Virus record (IMG/VR): IMGVR_UViG_3300022179_001846
Coordinates: 1 to 56,876 of that record
Length of the DNA stretch: 56,876 nt
DNA from: a virus
Taxonomy: Duplodnaviria > Caudoviricetes
Reading direction: 5' to 3' (one strand)
The position numbers were made by a program, and so were the translations under genes. Shown here in pieces: positions 1 through 8,007 of the stretch (the first letter of the stretch is position 1; each line of letters opens with the position of its first letter). The notes under the pieces were generated by a model. The model was not told the origin of the DNA and did no database searches. It saw only the letters and a program-made list of their open reading frames with translations.

Positions 1-874
1 AGGCAGCCTTCCACGGGCCCAGCCGCTTCTTCAGCACCTCGACCTGCTCCGCCGCGAAGCGTTCGGGCCACAGCAGCTCGCCTGCCTCGCTGCGCGGGTC
101 TTCCCAGCCGATGCTGGTGATGAAGCTGCGCTCGGGTTCGTATTCCATGGGCAGCATGAGATGCGTCCAGCCGTCGTCGGTGTCGAGGATGTGGCCCGTG
201 AGGTCCTCTTCGCCCAGACGCTGCTGGATGACGATATAGGCGCCGGTGCGCGCATCATTGAGGCGCGTCGACATCGTGCCGTCCCACCACTCCTTCGTCG
301 TCTCGATAAGCGCCTCGGAGAGGGCCTCGTTGGCGGCGTTCGGGTCGTCTACGACAATGATGTTGCCGCCCTCACCTGTCACGCGCGCGTCGACGGCCGT
401 GATCAGGCGCTCGCCGCGCTTGTCGTTCTGAAAGCGGCCCTTGGTGTTCTGGTCGCCCACGAGCTGAAATCGTTGCCCCCACAGACGCTGGTACCACGGG
501 CTCTCGACCAGCCGGCGCGTCTTGACACTGTCGCGCATCGCAAGCGACATCGCGTAGGACGCGTGCAGCAGCGGCACCTGCGGCCCGCTGGTCGGCGAGA
601 TCTCGCGCTGCGTCCAGACCCACGCCGGGAAGCAGACGCTGACGATGCTCGACTTGCCACACCGCGGCGGAATGTTGATCAGCAGCTTGCGGATATCGCC
701 ATCGACGACCGCTTCGAGGTGTTCGCACATGGCTTCAAGGGGCCAGCCCGGTGTGAACGGCGACGGGTCGACGTACTTCCAAGCCTTCTGCACGAACTCA
801 TGCAGCGACGTCTCGCACTCGACACGTTCGATCTCGCGCAGCGTCTCGAACGGGTTGAGGTCGGCTAGGTTCAT
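1..874 (-). CDS. terL: Terminase large subunit, N-terminal ATPase part (continues across the circular junction)
   Basis: Translated by hand from ATG at 874: MNLADLNPFETLREIERVECE...LLINIPPRCGKSS (Walker A)...GEGGNIIVVDDP (Walker B)...IQQRLGEEDLTG...LWPERF. In frame with ORF 56016..56789; total about 536 aa. Missing from the ORF track because it runs off the end. Confidence 0.93.
   Translation of the reverse strand, partial: MNLADLNPFETLREIERVECETSLHEFVQKAWKYVDPSPFTPGWPLEAMCEHLEAVVDGDIRKLLINIPPRCGKSSIVSVCFPAWVWTQREISPTSGPQVPLLHASYAMSLAMRDSVKTRRLVESPWYQRLWGQRFQLVGDQNTKGRFQNDKRGERLITAVDARVTGEGGNIIVVDDPNAANEALSEALIETTKEWWDGTMSTRLNDARTGAYIVIQQRLGEEDLTGHILDTDDGWTHLMLPMEYEPERSFITSIGWEDPRSEAGELLWPERFAAEQVEVLKKRLGPWKAA
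2..121. repeat. Terminal 120-bp direct repeat (copy 1); circular-assembly overlap
   Basis: Positions 2-121 are identical to 56754-56873; joining the ends restores one continuous terL reading frame. Confidence 0.95.
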
Positions 875-984
875 ACCCGCTTACGGCGAGTGCGCGACGG
901 CGTGTTGGCTTGCACGCGCTTCGCGATCTCCTCGCGCAGGTGCCAGTGGTCGTAGTGCGACTGCCGGATCGCGGCGTTGGTCAC
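871..984 (-). CDS. Small hypothetical protein (37 aa)
   Basis: GTG start overlaps the upstream stop (GTGA); its TGA overlaps the terL ATG, suggesting translational coupling. Confidence 0.45.
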   Translation of the reverse strand: MTNAAIRQSHYDHWHLREEIAKRVQANTPSRTRRKRV

Positions 985-1160
985 GGCTTGGCCTCGAAAT
1001 ACTGGGCGCGGGGGCCGCAAATCTCCCTGTCGGCCTGCGGTGGGCCGAAGCGTTCCGCGTAGCAGTAACGCGGGCCCGGCGTTGTAGTCGGGCGCCCGCA
1101 CATCAGGATGCCGTCGCTGTTGCGCCAGCTGTGGGCGCAGTCGGTGCAGAGGGGGTTCAT
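981..1160 (-). CDS. Small Cys-rich hypothetical protein (59 aa)
   Basis: Hand translation MNPLCTDCAHSWRNSDGILMCGRP...CYAERFG...ICGPRAQYFEAKP; ATGA/GTGA overlaps with both neighbours; below the ORF-track cutoff. Confidence 0.65.
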   Translation of the reverse strand: MNPLCTDCAHSWRNSDGILMCGRPTTTPGPRYCYAERFGPPQADREICGPRAQYFEAKP

Positions 1161-1375
1161 TGCAGCCTCGTGTAGTCGCCGGCGTAGTAGTAGCCGTACA
1201 TGATGTCGGGGGCGTAGGCGTTGGCCATCAGCGCCTCGAAGATCGCGCGCTGCCCGGGGTCACCCGAGTCAGTGACCTCCGCGTAGGCCTCGCCCGTGCC
1301 GGCCCAGCCGACCGTGATGCCCGCGCGCAAGGCGGCGCGCAGCAGCTCGGGGGCGGGCAGGACAGGCCGCTTCAT
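1157..1375 (-). CDS. Hypothetical protein
   Basis: ORF in the co-directional cluster; probable start MKRPVLP at 1375. Confidence 0.55.
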   Translation of the reverse strand: MKRPVLPAPELLRAALRAGITVGWAGTGEAYAEVTDSGDPGQRAIFEALMANAYAPDIMYGYYYAGDYTRLQ

Positions 1376-1389
1376 GGCGCAAGCGTACA

Positions 1390-1587
1390 TCACTCGACCG
1401 TGCGAAAACAATGCCAGAGGGCGTACTCGTCGACGTAGGCCTCGGCATCGAAGGTGCCGCGCGGCTGCGTCAGGGCCATGAACAGCGGCAACAGCAGCGC
1501 CAAATCGCTGCGCGTAGTGACCATTTCAGGCTCGAACGTGTAGGCCTTGCCGCCGATGTGAAAGTGCAGGTCGCTAACGGCTCTCAT
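1390..1587 (-). CDS. Hypothetical protein
   Basis: 65-aa ORF tightly packed in the operon. Confidence 0.55.
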   Translation of the reverse strand: MRAVSDLHFHIGGKAYTFEPEMVTTRSDLALLLPLFMALTQPRGTFDAEAYVDEYALWHCFRTVE

Positions 1588-1594
1588 CTTCGGT

Positions 1595-2167
1595 CTACCC
1601 CTTCGAAGTGTACGGTACCCACTGATGCGCCCATGGTTTCATGCACATGACCCGCGTCGTGATGATGCCGTCTCGTTGAATATCTTCGACTTCGATATGC
1701 GTGTGGTGCCCCGGCACATGCCGGGTGTCGGGTAAATTGAAAGTCTGCGCATCGGCGTCGTAGCCGTAGTCTTTGCCGATTACGCTGTACACTTTCGCGT
1801 CGTTCGCAATCGAAAGGGCGCGGCCGTCCAGCGGATATAGCACGGCGTTGGCGTACCTCGTGATGTTTCCGACGCGGCCCTCCGCCCTGTTGGCGGCCGC
1901 CACAATGTATGGCTCCCACTTTAGCGCCATGCCTCCCTTGAATTCCTCATATTGCACCTTGTCTCTCAGATCGGGGAGCTGGAAGGTCAACCCTCCAGCG
2001 CAGGCGGTGCCCCCCAGCGCAATGAACAATTCAGGGTACTCATAGATGTCCCGCTCGCTGCCATCGCAAGGGAGCATCTTCCCCCTTGAAGCCTCCTCAG
2101 TGTGCGCCGCGGCAAGCAGCGGCACCATAGCAGCGGCTGATGAAAGCAAAAACGCGCGCCTATTCAT
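1595..2167 (-). CDS. Tail-collar-domain protein (two collar-like repeats) with twin-arginine-like leader
   Basis: MNRRAFLLSSAAA leader; LPCDG...YPELF..LGG..AGGLTFQLPDLR and PLDGRALSI...VYSVIGKDYG...TFNLPDTR. Confidence 0.7.
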   Translation of the reverse strand: MNRRAFLLSSAAAMVPLLAAAHTEEASRGKMLPCDGSERDIYEYPELFIALGGTACAGGLTFQLPDLRDKVQYEEFKGGMALKWEPYIVAAANRAEGRVGNITRYANAVLYPLDGRALSIANDAKVYSVIGKDYGYDADAQTFNLPDTRHVPGHHTHIEVEDIQRDGIITTRVMCMKPWAHQWVPYTSKG

Positions 2168-2792
2168 CTTCGGTCTTTCCCTTCGTCGCCTGCAGCAGGA
2201 TGGTTTTCAACTGATCCCTCTGTTCGGGGTCGAGCGCCAGCACGTCGATCCGCGTCGCCTGCATCTCGATGGCGCCGCCGTCCTTGCCGGTCACCTCGGT
2301 GATGACCTTGTCGCCGTAGACCCGTGGCAGCACCTTGCCGAGGAGCCACTTGCGCGTGTCGATGCGCAGCCGCGACCGCATGATGTGCTCCATGTCGGGC
2401 ACCAGCTTGCCCTCCTCGTTCACCACGAAGTCGCCGCGCCTGTCGCGCGCGATCTCGTCGAGGTCGTCGGCCCAGCCGAGGGCCATGAGGTGCCGGGCAC
2501 GTGCGTAGGCGTCAGCGAAACCTTGATGATTGTCAAGCACCCAAGTGTAGACCGTCTGCCTCGCGATCCCGATGTCCTTGCACACGTTCTTCAGCGTTTC
2601 CCCTTCCGCGAGGCGCCTGCAGATGTCGGCCGCAACTTCAGCCGAGTACGTGTCTTCCGGGCGCCCATTGCGGCCGCGCTTCCGAAGCCCTTGATCACGA
2701 GGAAACCCCAGAGGCCGAGCCACACCGGCCACATCAGCGGCAGGAACAGGATCAGCCCCAGCGTCGGCAGAGCGAGCATTACGGCGAGCCAT
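2160..2792 (-). CDS. terS: Terminase small subunit (Sf6 gp1-like)
   Basis: GRP..YSAEVAADICRRLAEGETL...RLRIDTRKWLLGKVLPRVYGDKVITEVTGKDGGAI resembles Sf6-type TerS; start at 2792 is uncertain. Confidence 0.88.
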   Translation of the reverse strand: MARRNARSADAGADPVPAADVAGVARPLGFPRDQGLRKRGRNGRPEDTYSAEVAADICRRLAEGETLKNVCKDIGIARQTVYTWVLDNHQGFADAYARARHLMALGWADDLDEIARDRRGDFVVNEEGKLVPDMEHIMRSRLRIDTRKWLLGKVLPRVYGDKVITEVTGKDGGAIEMQATRIDVLALDPEQRDQLKTILLQATKGKTEDE

Positions 2793-2799
2793 CGCCAGA

Positions 2800-2991
2800 T
2801 CACGCCTTCGCCTTGAGCAGCTCAAGCATGGCGACGACCGAACGCGGGACGGGCGTCTCGCCGGCAAGCCACCGATACACCGTGCGGCCGCTGACGCCCG
2901 CAAGGATTGCCAGCTCGCTGTTGAGGATGTCCATCTCGTCCAGCAATCGGTTGAGGTACCGCGGGGAGAGGTCGGTTGCGATCTCAGTCAT
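2800..2991 (-). CDS. XRE/Cro-like HTH protein
   Basis: NSELAILAGVSGRTVYRWLAGETPVP. Confidence 0.8.
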   Translation of the reverse strand: MTEIATDLSPRYLNRLLDEMDILNSELAILAGVSGRTVYRWLAGETPVPRSVVAMLELLKAKA

Positions 2992-3016
2992 GCTGACACT
3001 CTACGCCAAAACGACA

Positions 3017-3046
3017 AAGAGGGCCAGCCCTTCGGCTGGCCCTCTT
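3017..3046 (-). terminator. Intrinsic terminator (possibly bidirectional)
   Basis: 13-bp perfect stem AAGAGGGCCAGCC-CTTC-GGCTGGCCCTCTT with a T-rich run on the minus strand, downstream of 3063..3347. Confidence 0.8.
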
Positions 3047-3062
3047 CATCGGCGGCAATTTC

Positions 3063-3347
3063 CTAGGCTGCGAGGCGCTGGTTGGCACGGGCCGCGACCG
3101 TGATGCGGGTCGCGGTCGAGGTCTTGGTCGCCTCGGCGAGCTGGGCCTCGGTCAGGTACGTCTTGACCGTCGCGGTGTCGAGGCGGCTGGTCTCGTAGGT
3201 CGAGATCTTGAGAGCGAACTTGTCGCCCGCGATCTCGGTCGCGCCGAGGGCGAGGAGCTTCGCCTTGAGGTCGTCCACGGTCTTCTGCAGCGCCTTGAGC
3301 TGGGCGGTCGCGACGGCGTACTGGTCTACAAACTTGCTGGTTGTCAT
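3063..3347 (-). CDS. Hypothetical early protein
   Basis: 94 aa; has its own promoter/RBS module and terminator; strong GC3 codon bias. Confidence 0.8.
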   Translation of the reverse strand: MTTSKFVDQYAVATAQLKALQKTVDDLKAKLLALGATEIAGDKFALKISTYETSRLDTATVKTYLTEAQLAEATKTSTATRITVAARANQRLAA

Positions 3348-3400
3348 GATCTATCTCCTATTCGATGAACCCTTATACGGCCAACTTATCCACATGTCAA
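3345..3400 (-). promoter_or_regulatory. sigma70 promoter plus repeated RBS module
   Basis: TTGACA-17-TATAAG then CATCGAATAGGAGATAGATCATG. Confidence 0.75.
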
Positions 3401-3597
3401 ACTGTCAATCGGCTTCTCTTCCTCGACGGGTATCGGACGATCACCCCGTCGAACGGCACGTGGCGGTAGGTTCGCCGCCATTTCATGCTGGACACTACGT
3501 GCTTCCACGTGCCGTGCGCGGCTGCGATTGTGCCGTAGGGCCGCGCGTCGGCCAAGATCGCGCGCACCTCGTCGTCACTGAAGACCCTGCGTTTCAT
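3397..3597 (-). CDS. Stand-alone small HTH (HNH C-terminal-type DNA-binding module)
   Basis: FSDDEVRAILADARPYGTIAAAHG...MKWRRTYRHV. Confidence 0.65.
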   Translation of the reverse strand: MKRRVFSDDEVRAILADARPYGTIAAAHGTWKHVVSSMKWRRTYRHVPFDGVIVRYPSRKRSRLTV

Positions 3598-4088
3598 GAC
3601 GCCCCTCTCTGCAGCAATGCCGTCAGCTCGACCTTGTGCCGCTCCTTCATCGCCCGCACTTCAGCCCGCAAGGTTTCGAACGCCGACTGCGGCGCTACCA
3701 AATTGCGGGTGGCGTGCTCATGCGTGATCCGCTGCTTGATCTGGCGGACCACGTTCAGGCTGACACCGTGCCGGAGAGCGATCTCCCGTGCCGGCGAGGG
3801 GTCGAGGAAGATCTCCCTCACTGTTGCAGCGTCGGCTCCACCGCCGCGAGCGCCGCGGGGGACCTCCCCCTCATACGGAACGTGCGCGTACAGGCGCCGG
3901 GTCTTGATCTGGGCGACCATCTGGTACGAAACCCCGTACTCCTTGGCGATCACATCGTAAGCCCGGGCGTCGGCCAGCAGCGCCTGCACGACTTCGGGCG
4001 GCATCTTCTGCCGGCGCAGGGCCGCGATATCGCCGGCCTCCATGACTTCCCGCGCGCCGGGGGTGCGGGCAATGATCCAAGGGTGCAT
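3594..4088 (-). CDS. Protein with tandem small HTH repeats
   Basis: VQALLADARAYDVIAKEYGVSYQMVAQIKTRRLYAHV and VREIFLDPSPAREIALRHGVSLNVVRQIKQRITHEHA. Confidence 0.7.
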   Translation of the reverse strand: MHPWIIARTPGAREVMEAGDIAALRRQKMPPEVVQALLADARAYDVIAKEYGVSYQMVAQIKTRRLYAHVPYEGEVPRGARGGGADAATVREIFLDPSPAREIALRHGVSLNVVRQIKQRITHEHATRNLVAPQSAFETLRAEVRAMKERHKVELTALLQRGAS

Positions 4089-4398
4089 GTTACTTCATCC
4101 TCCACGCAGAAAGAGACGGACGGACTGACCAGACTGGTTTTCATCAACATTCAGTCAATAAACCAAACGATAATAACGACAAGAGCAGGCGGCGGCTATA
4201 CGCGTATTATATTATTTAATTTCTTCTCACGTTATTTACAGAGTTGAGTTAGACCGGAAGCCCCGGCACCCGGAAAACGCCGGTTTCATTGGGTTTCTCT
4301 ATAGGGGTCACAATTCCAGACTGTCGGTCTGCACCCCGGCGTGCTTGACAAATTGTCAAACCCCGGGGTAAAACCGTCTCCTCAGACAGGAGCCCGCC
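4089..4398. promoter_or_regulatory. Divergent control region, AT-rich; possible replication origin
   Basis: Largest non-coding gap, at the strand switch; AT-rich tract at 4205-4240; palindrome TTGACA-AAT-TGTCAA (4345-4359) with candidate -10 TAAAAC. Confidence 0.6.
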
Positions 4399-5118
4399 AT
4401 GAACATCGAAGCCCTTCTCTCCGCCGACGTCATCTACAACGCCGACTACGCCGCGGCGAAGACCGCTCTGAACCGGACCCTTGAGAAGGCCAAGGACGCC
4501 GCCTCGGCCGTCTACCTCGCCATCCCCTACGAGGACCGCTGCACCGACGAGCTGTCGGCGCAGTACTACGGCACGATCTACCCGCACACCCTCCCGGGCT
4601 GGCTCAAGAAGCTGCCCAAGACGGCCAGCCCGACGCACGCCGCGGCCCTCGAAGCCTACCGGGCCTTCGAAGCCCTCGCCCCGATCTGCGCCAAGTTCGT
4701 CGCCGCCAAGGCCCGCGTCGTGAAGGCCCGCAAACCCTCCACGGAACCACGCAAGACCCCGGCGCGCACCCTCGACAACACCGGCACCTGCGCCTGCTGC
4801 GGCCAGAACGTGAAGCTCGCCGGCGGCACCATCGTCCCCCACGGCTACACGATCCGCTGGGGATTTCAGTTGGGTTCCTGCTTCGGCGTCGGCTTCCGCC
4901 CCATCGAGGTCTCGGACGAGGGCCTGCGGGCCGCCCTGAAGGGCTTCGAGAGCCAGCTGGGCAAGGCCCGCCTCGCGCTGGAGTACGGTGCCCTGACGCG
5001 CCGCGAGCGGGCCGAGCTGGAGGCCCGCGTCAGCGGCTCGAAGGCGGCCATCGCCCACTACACGGCGGCGATCCGCGACTGGGCCCCCCGCCCCCTCCCC
5101 TCCGAAAAGAGGGGTTGA
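4399..5118 (+). CDS. Hypothetical early protein with Zn-finger-like motif
   Basis: AGGAG RBS; GTCACCG...HGY...GSCFG. Confidence 0.8.
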   Translation: MNIEALLSADVIYNADYAAAKTALNRTLEKAKDAASAVYLAIPYEDRCTDELSAQYYGTIYPHTLPGWLKKLPKTASPTHAAALEAYRAFEALAPICAKFVAAKARVVKARKPSTEPRKTPARTLDNTGTCACCGQNVKLAGGTIVPHGYTIRWGFQLGSCFGVGFRPIEVSDEGLRAALKGFESQLGKARLALEYGALTRRERAELEARVSGSKAAIAHYTAAIRDWAPRPLPSEKRG

Positions 5119-5173
5119 CACCCCTTCCCCACCTGCCCCATAGTCGGGACATCGAATAGGAGATAGCATCATG
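5115..5173 (+). promoter_or_regulatory. Repeated early promoter/RBS module
   Basis: TTGACA-18-CATAGT-CGGGACATCGAATAGGAGATAGCATCATG. Confidence 0.75.
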
Positions 5174-5449
5174 GCCACCAAGTTCTCACTCACCGCCTAC
5201 TGCCCCTTCGGCCTCGGCGAGATCGAAGTCGACATCGTCTACACCTACACGCCCGGGCGCCCGGCGCGGGGGCCCAGCTACGCCAGCGGCGGCGAGCCCG
5301 CGGACCCGCCCGAGGTCGAGTTCGTCTCAGCGACGCTGCCCAAGGACAAGCTTGGCGACCACCACCAGCTGATGCTGAACGAGTGGGCCGAGGAGTGGCT
5401 TGCCGACGAAGGCTTCGACGACGCCGTCGACAACGCAGAGGAGGCATAG
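5171..5449 (+). CDS. Acidic hypothetical protein
   Basis: Strong RBS; appears paralogous to 5961..6251. Confidence 0.8.
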   Translation: MATKFSLTAYCPFGLGEIEVDIVYTYTPGRPARGPSYASGGEPADPPEVEFVSATLPKDKLGDHHQLMLNEWAEEWLADEGFDDAVDNAEEA

Positions 5450-5533
5450 ATGCGCGTACAGATCCCCGCCTACACCGACCGCTGGATGCGCGGCGACCGC
5501 TTCGAGCCAGATCACATCATCCAAGGAGCCTAG
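5450..5533 (+). pseudogene. Short, probably truncated ORF MRVQIPAYTDRWMRGDRFEPDHIIQGA
   Basis: 27 aa, starting right after the upstream stop; sequence style changes after RGDRF. Confidence 0.4.
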
Positions 5534-5537
5534 AGAC

Positions 5538-5846
5538 ATGAGCGAGTTACTGCCTTGCCCGTTTTGTGGGGCCGCCATGGTCGAGCTTGAGCGCGGGAAT
5601 TATGCCGAGCATCCATGGTCGGAAGCGGACGGATTTTGCCATATGCGCGGCTTTTCTGTTCACAGGTCGCGCTATGACTGGTGGAACCGCCGCTCTCCCT
5701 CCCGCCAATCAATTCTGGAGGAGGCGGTGAAGGTAGCGGATATCTACAGCCGGTTCGGGTGGGCAACGGCGGGCGACGTTGCTCGCGCCATCCGTTTCCT
5801 CTCCCCTGACGGGAAAGCGCCAGCCAAGGAGGGGGATGCGGGATGA
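5538..5846 (+). CDS. Lar-like (restriction alleviation) Zn-binding protein
   Basis: MSELLPCPFCG...WWNRR signature; AAGGAG RBS. Confidence 0.65.
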   Translation: MSELLPCPFCGAAMVELERGNYAEHPWSEADGFCHMRGFSVHRSRYDWWNRRSPSRQSILEEAVKVADIYSRFGWATAGDVARAIRFLSPDGKAPAKEGDAG

Positions 5847-5907
5847 GCGACATGGACGCGGCGGGCAGGGCCTTCGCCAAAAGAGCCGCCGCCCTTTCTA
5901 AAGCCGC

Positions 5908-5963
5908 TTGACGGTGCCCCCTGAGTGCCCCATAATCAGGACATCGCATAGGAGATCGACATG
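5908..5963 (+). promoter_or_regulatory. Repeated early promoter/RBS module
   Basis: TTGACG-17-CATAAT-CAGGACATCGCATAGGAGATCGACATG. Confidence 0.75.
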
Positions 5964-6251
5964 AGCACTTTCAATGACCGCCTCGACGACGCCGTCGACA
6001 ACGCAGAGGAGGCCTATATCATGGTTATCTACACGATCCTCTGGAGCCGCGGCGGCAGCCACGACGGTGTGGACTGGGACGACGAGCAGACGGTCACGTT
6101 TGACGCCGGCCTGAAGGTCACCGCGATCCACCCCGGCGCCGGCAATCACGGCGTGTTTAGCGACATCGCCGACCGCATGTTGATGGGTGAGGCGCAGGAC
6201 TGGATCGAAAACGAGGGCTACGACGAGGCCGTGAAACTACTGGCTGCCTAG
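5961..6251 (+). CDS. Acidic hypothetical protein
   Basis: Strong RBS; C-terminus resembles 5171..5449. Confidence 0.75.
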   Translation: MSTFNDRLDDAVDNAEEAYIMVIYTILWSRGGSHDGVDWDDEQTVTFDAGLKVTAIHPGAGNHGVFSDIADRMLMGEAQDWIENEGYDEAVKLLAA

Positions 6252-6267
6252 TGAAAGAGGTTCTGAG

Positions 6268-6465
6268 ATGCCCAAGCTCACCCCCGAACAGCAGCGGCGG
6301 CAGATGGAGGGCCTCCGCCGCTGGCACGCCTCCCGCAGCGAGGAGGAGAAGCGGATCACCGCGATCAAGGGGCGCCTGACGCGCCAGAAGAACAGCGGCT
6401 ACACGCCCCCCGGCCGCCTGACCGCCCGCAGCTGGGAATATGGCGACGACGAAGATATCCTCTAG
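6268..6465 (+). CDS. Hypothetical basic protein
   Basis: GAGG RBS; 65 aa. Confidence 0.7.
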   Translation: MPKLTPEQQRRQMEGLRRWHASRSEEEKRITAIKGRLTRQKNSGYTPPGRLTARSWEYGDDEDIL

Positions 6466-6518
6466 ACATCCCCAGCGAACTGCCCCATACTCAGGACATC
6501 GAATAGGAGATAGCGATG
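6463..6518 (+). promoter_or_regulatory. Repeated early promoter/RBS module
   Basis: TAGACA-17-CATACT-CAGGACATCGAATAGGAGATAGCGATG. Confidence 0.72.
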
Positions 6519-6710
6519 ATCATCGAAACGTCCGACAACCGCCTCTTCCTCGTCGTCGACTTCGCGACCCCCGGCCTTGCGCACGTCTGGTGCGGGCACC
6601 CCGTCCGCCGCCTGAAGGCGGGCTACAAGGTCACCAAGCACCGCGTCGCGGCGATGGTCCGCAAGGCGGGCAGCAAGGTCGTCGACCGCGCCCCCACCGT
6701 CATCGAATAG
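6516..6710 (+). CDS. Hypothetical protein
   Basis: Follows the repeated RBS module. Confidence 0.75.
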   Translation: MIIETSDNRLFLVVDFATPGLAHVWCGHPVRRLKAGYKVTKHRVAAMVRKAGSKVVDRAPTVIE

Positions 6711-6721
6711 GAGATAGCATC

Positions 6722-6968
6722 ATGGCTCAGATCAAGACCCGCCGCGTCACTTGGAGTTCCATCGTCGGCGCCGCCGCCTTCCGCGAGGGCGTCGAGGACT
6801 ATCAGGCGGGGCGCGCGCCCAACTACGACAGGCCCAAGGGCAACTGGCAGTACGAGCGCGGGCGCCGGTGCGGGCAAGGCCCCGCAGCCCAACCGCCGCG
6901 GCCGCAGCGTTAGCCGGATCGCGATCCACGACTTCGCCCAGCAGTACGGCCCCAACGGCATCCTCTAA
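6722..6968 (+). pseudogene. Hypothetical protein with apparent frameshift near 6865
   Basis: MAQIKTRR...WQYERGR stops at 6913, while the +1 frame continues AGKAPQPNRRGRSVSRIAIHDFAQQYGPNGIL to TAA 6968, which abuts the next RBS. Confidence 0.55.
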
Positions 6969-6980
6969 GGAGATAGCATC

Positions 6981-7172
6981 ATGATCGACCTCATCATCGC
7001 CGTCGACTGCGAGGCCAAGTACCGCCGCTGGATAGCGGCGGACATCTCTGCCCACACGCTCGACGATCTGGCGCCCCTCAGCACACGCCGGGTGTTCACC
7101 CAGCTCTATCGAGCGTTCGCGAGCAAGGAGCTGTTCGCGTACGAGGCCGCCGCCTACGAGAGGAGCCTGTGA
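6981..7172 (+). CDS. Hypothetical protein
   Basis: TAAGGAGATAGCATCATG RBS module. Confidence 0.75.
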   Translation: MIDLIIAVDCEAKYRRWIAADISAHTLDDLAPLSTRRVFTQLYRAFASKELFAYEAAAYERSL

Positions 7173-7516
7173 TGAACTACGCAAAAATCTGGGCCGAGGC
7201 GTGGATGGCCGGCGTCATGGCCGGCATCGCCTGCCGCACCCACCCCATGACCGTGCTGCAGGACGGCAAGGTCATCGAGGTTGTCGACGACGGCCCCTGC
7301 GGCTTCGCTTGGATCAAGATCCGGCCGGCCAATGGCAAGATGGCACGCTGGCTCAAAACGCAGGGCAAGGGCCACAAGGGCTACAACGGCGGCTGGGACG
7401 TCAGCGTCCACGACTTCGGGCAGAGCTTGGAGCGCAAGAGCGCCGCGGCGCAAGCCACGGCCATGATCCTGCGCAAGCACGGCATCGACGCAACCTCATA
7501 CAGCAGGATCGACTGA
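7169..7516 (+). CDS. Hypothetical phage protein (CGFAW motif)
   Basis: GPCGFAWIKIRPANG...QSLERK; overlaps upstream stop. Confidence 0.8.
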   Translation: MMNYAKIWAEAWMAGVMAGIACRTHPMTVLQDGKVIEVVDDGPCGFAWIKIRPANGKMARWLKTQGKGHKGYNGGWDVSVHDFGQSLERKSAAAQATAMILRKHGIDATSYSRID

Positions 7517-7519
7517 ACC

Positions 7520-7777
7520 ATGCTGACCATCCACGACTGCACCTTTCAGGTGAGCTGGAGCGGCTGGGGCCCCTCCACGGTTCACGCCGAGCGCGTCGCG
7601 CTGGGCGTCATGCTCGACCTGCTGGAAATGAGCCCCGACAGCGTCCGGCGCATTGCCCGGTCGCCTGCCGAGTTGGAGCTGACGGCGCGCGTCGCGCGGG
7701 CGCGCGTCGCGTCCATCATCGCGCACAGGGGCCGTGCCGTGCCTCTGAAGGCCGCCATCGTTCTGGAGGCCCTGTGA
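7520..7777 (+). CDS. Hypothetical protein
   Basis: Operon packing. Confidence 0.6.
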   Translation: MLTIHDCTFQVSWSGWGPSTVHAERVALGVMLDLLEMSPDSVRRIARSPAELELTARVARARVASIIAHRGRAVPLKAAIVLEAL

Positions 7778-8007
7778 CCACCGTCCCGGCCCCCGGCGCG
7801 CCCCGCAGGCTCGCCCGCCTCGGGTACCTGCTGCACGGCGCGCAGCACGTCGACTACCTCGCGCGCCTGCTCGGGGTAGACCGCAAGACCGTGTACCGCT
7901 GGCGTCGCGGCACGACGCCCGTCCCCGACTACGTCTGGGAGCCGCTCAAGGTCGCGCTGCTGAAGCGCCGCAACGACATCGAAACCGCATTGAAAGGGCT
8001 TGACTGA
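7774..8007 (+). CDS. XRE/Cro-like HTH protein
   Basis: GTG at 7774 (GTGA overlap); LARLLGVDRKTVYRWRRGTTPVP. Confidence 0.75.
   Translation: MTTVPAPGAPRRLARLGYLLHGAQHVDYLARLLGVDRKTVYRWRRGTTPVPDYVWEPLKVALLKRRNDIETALKGLD

Noticed and set aside
2-121. Terminal repeat as a biological DTR
   Set aside because: It falls mid-terL and its length fits an assembler overlap; best read as circularity of a permuted genome
161-868. 235-aa plus-strand ORF
   Set aside because: Antisense to the terL N-terminal half, which has clear ATPase motifs
5115-6983. Repeats as a CRISPR array
   Set aside because: Spacing is irregular (200-800 bp), the 'spacers' are ORFs, the repeats are promoter/RBS sequences, and there is no cas operon (DUF2800 is a replication-module nuclease)
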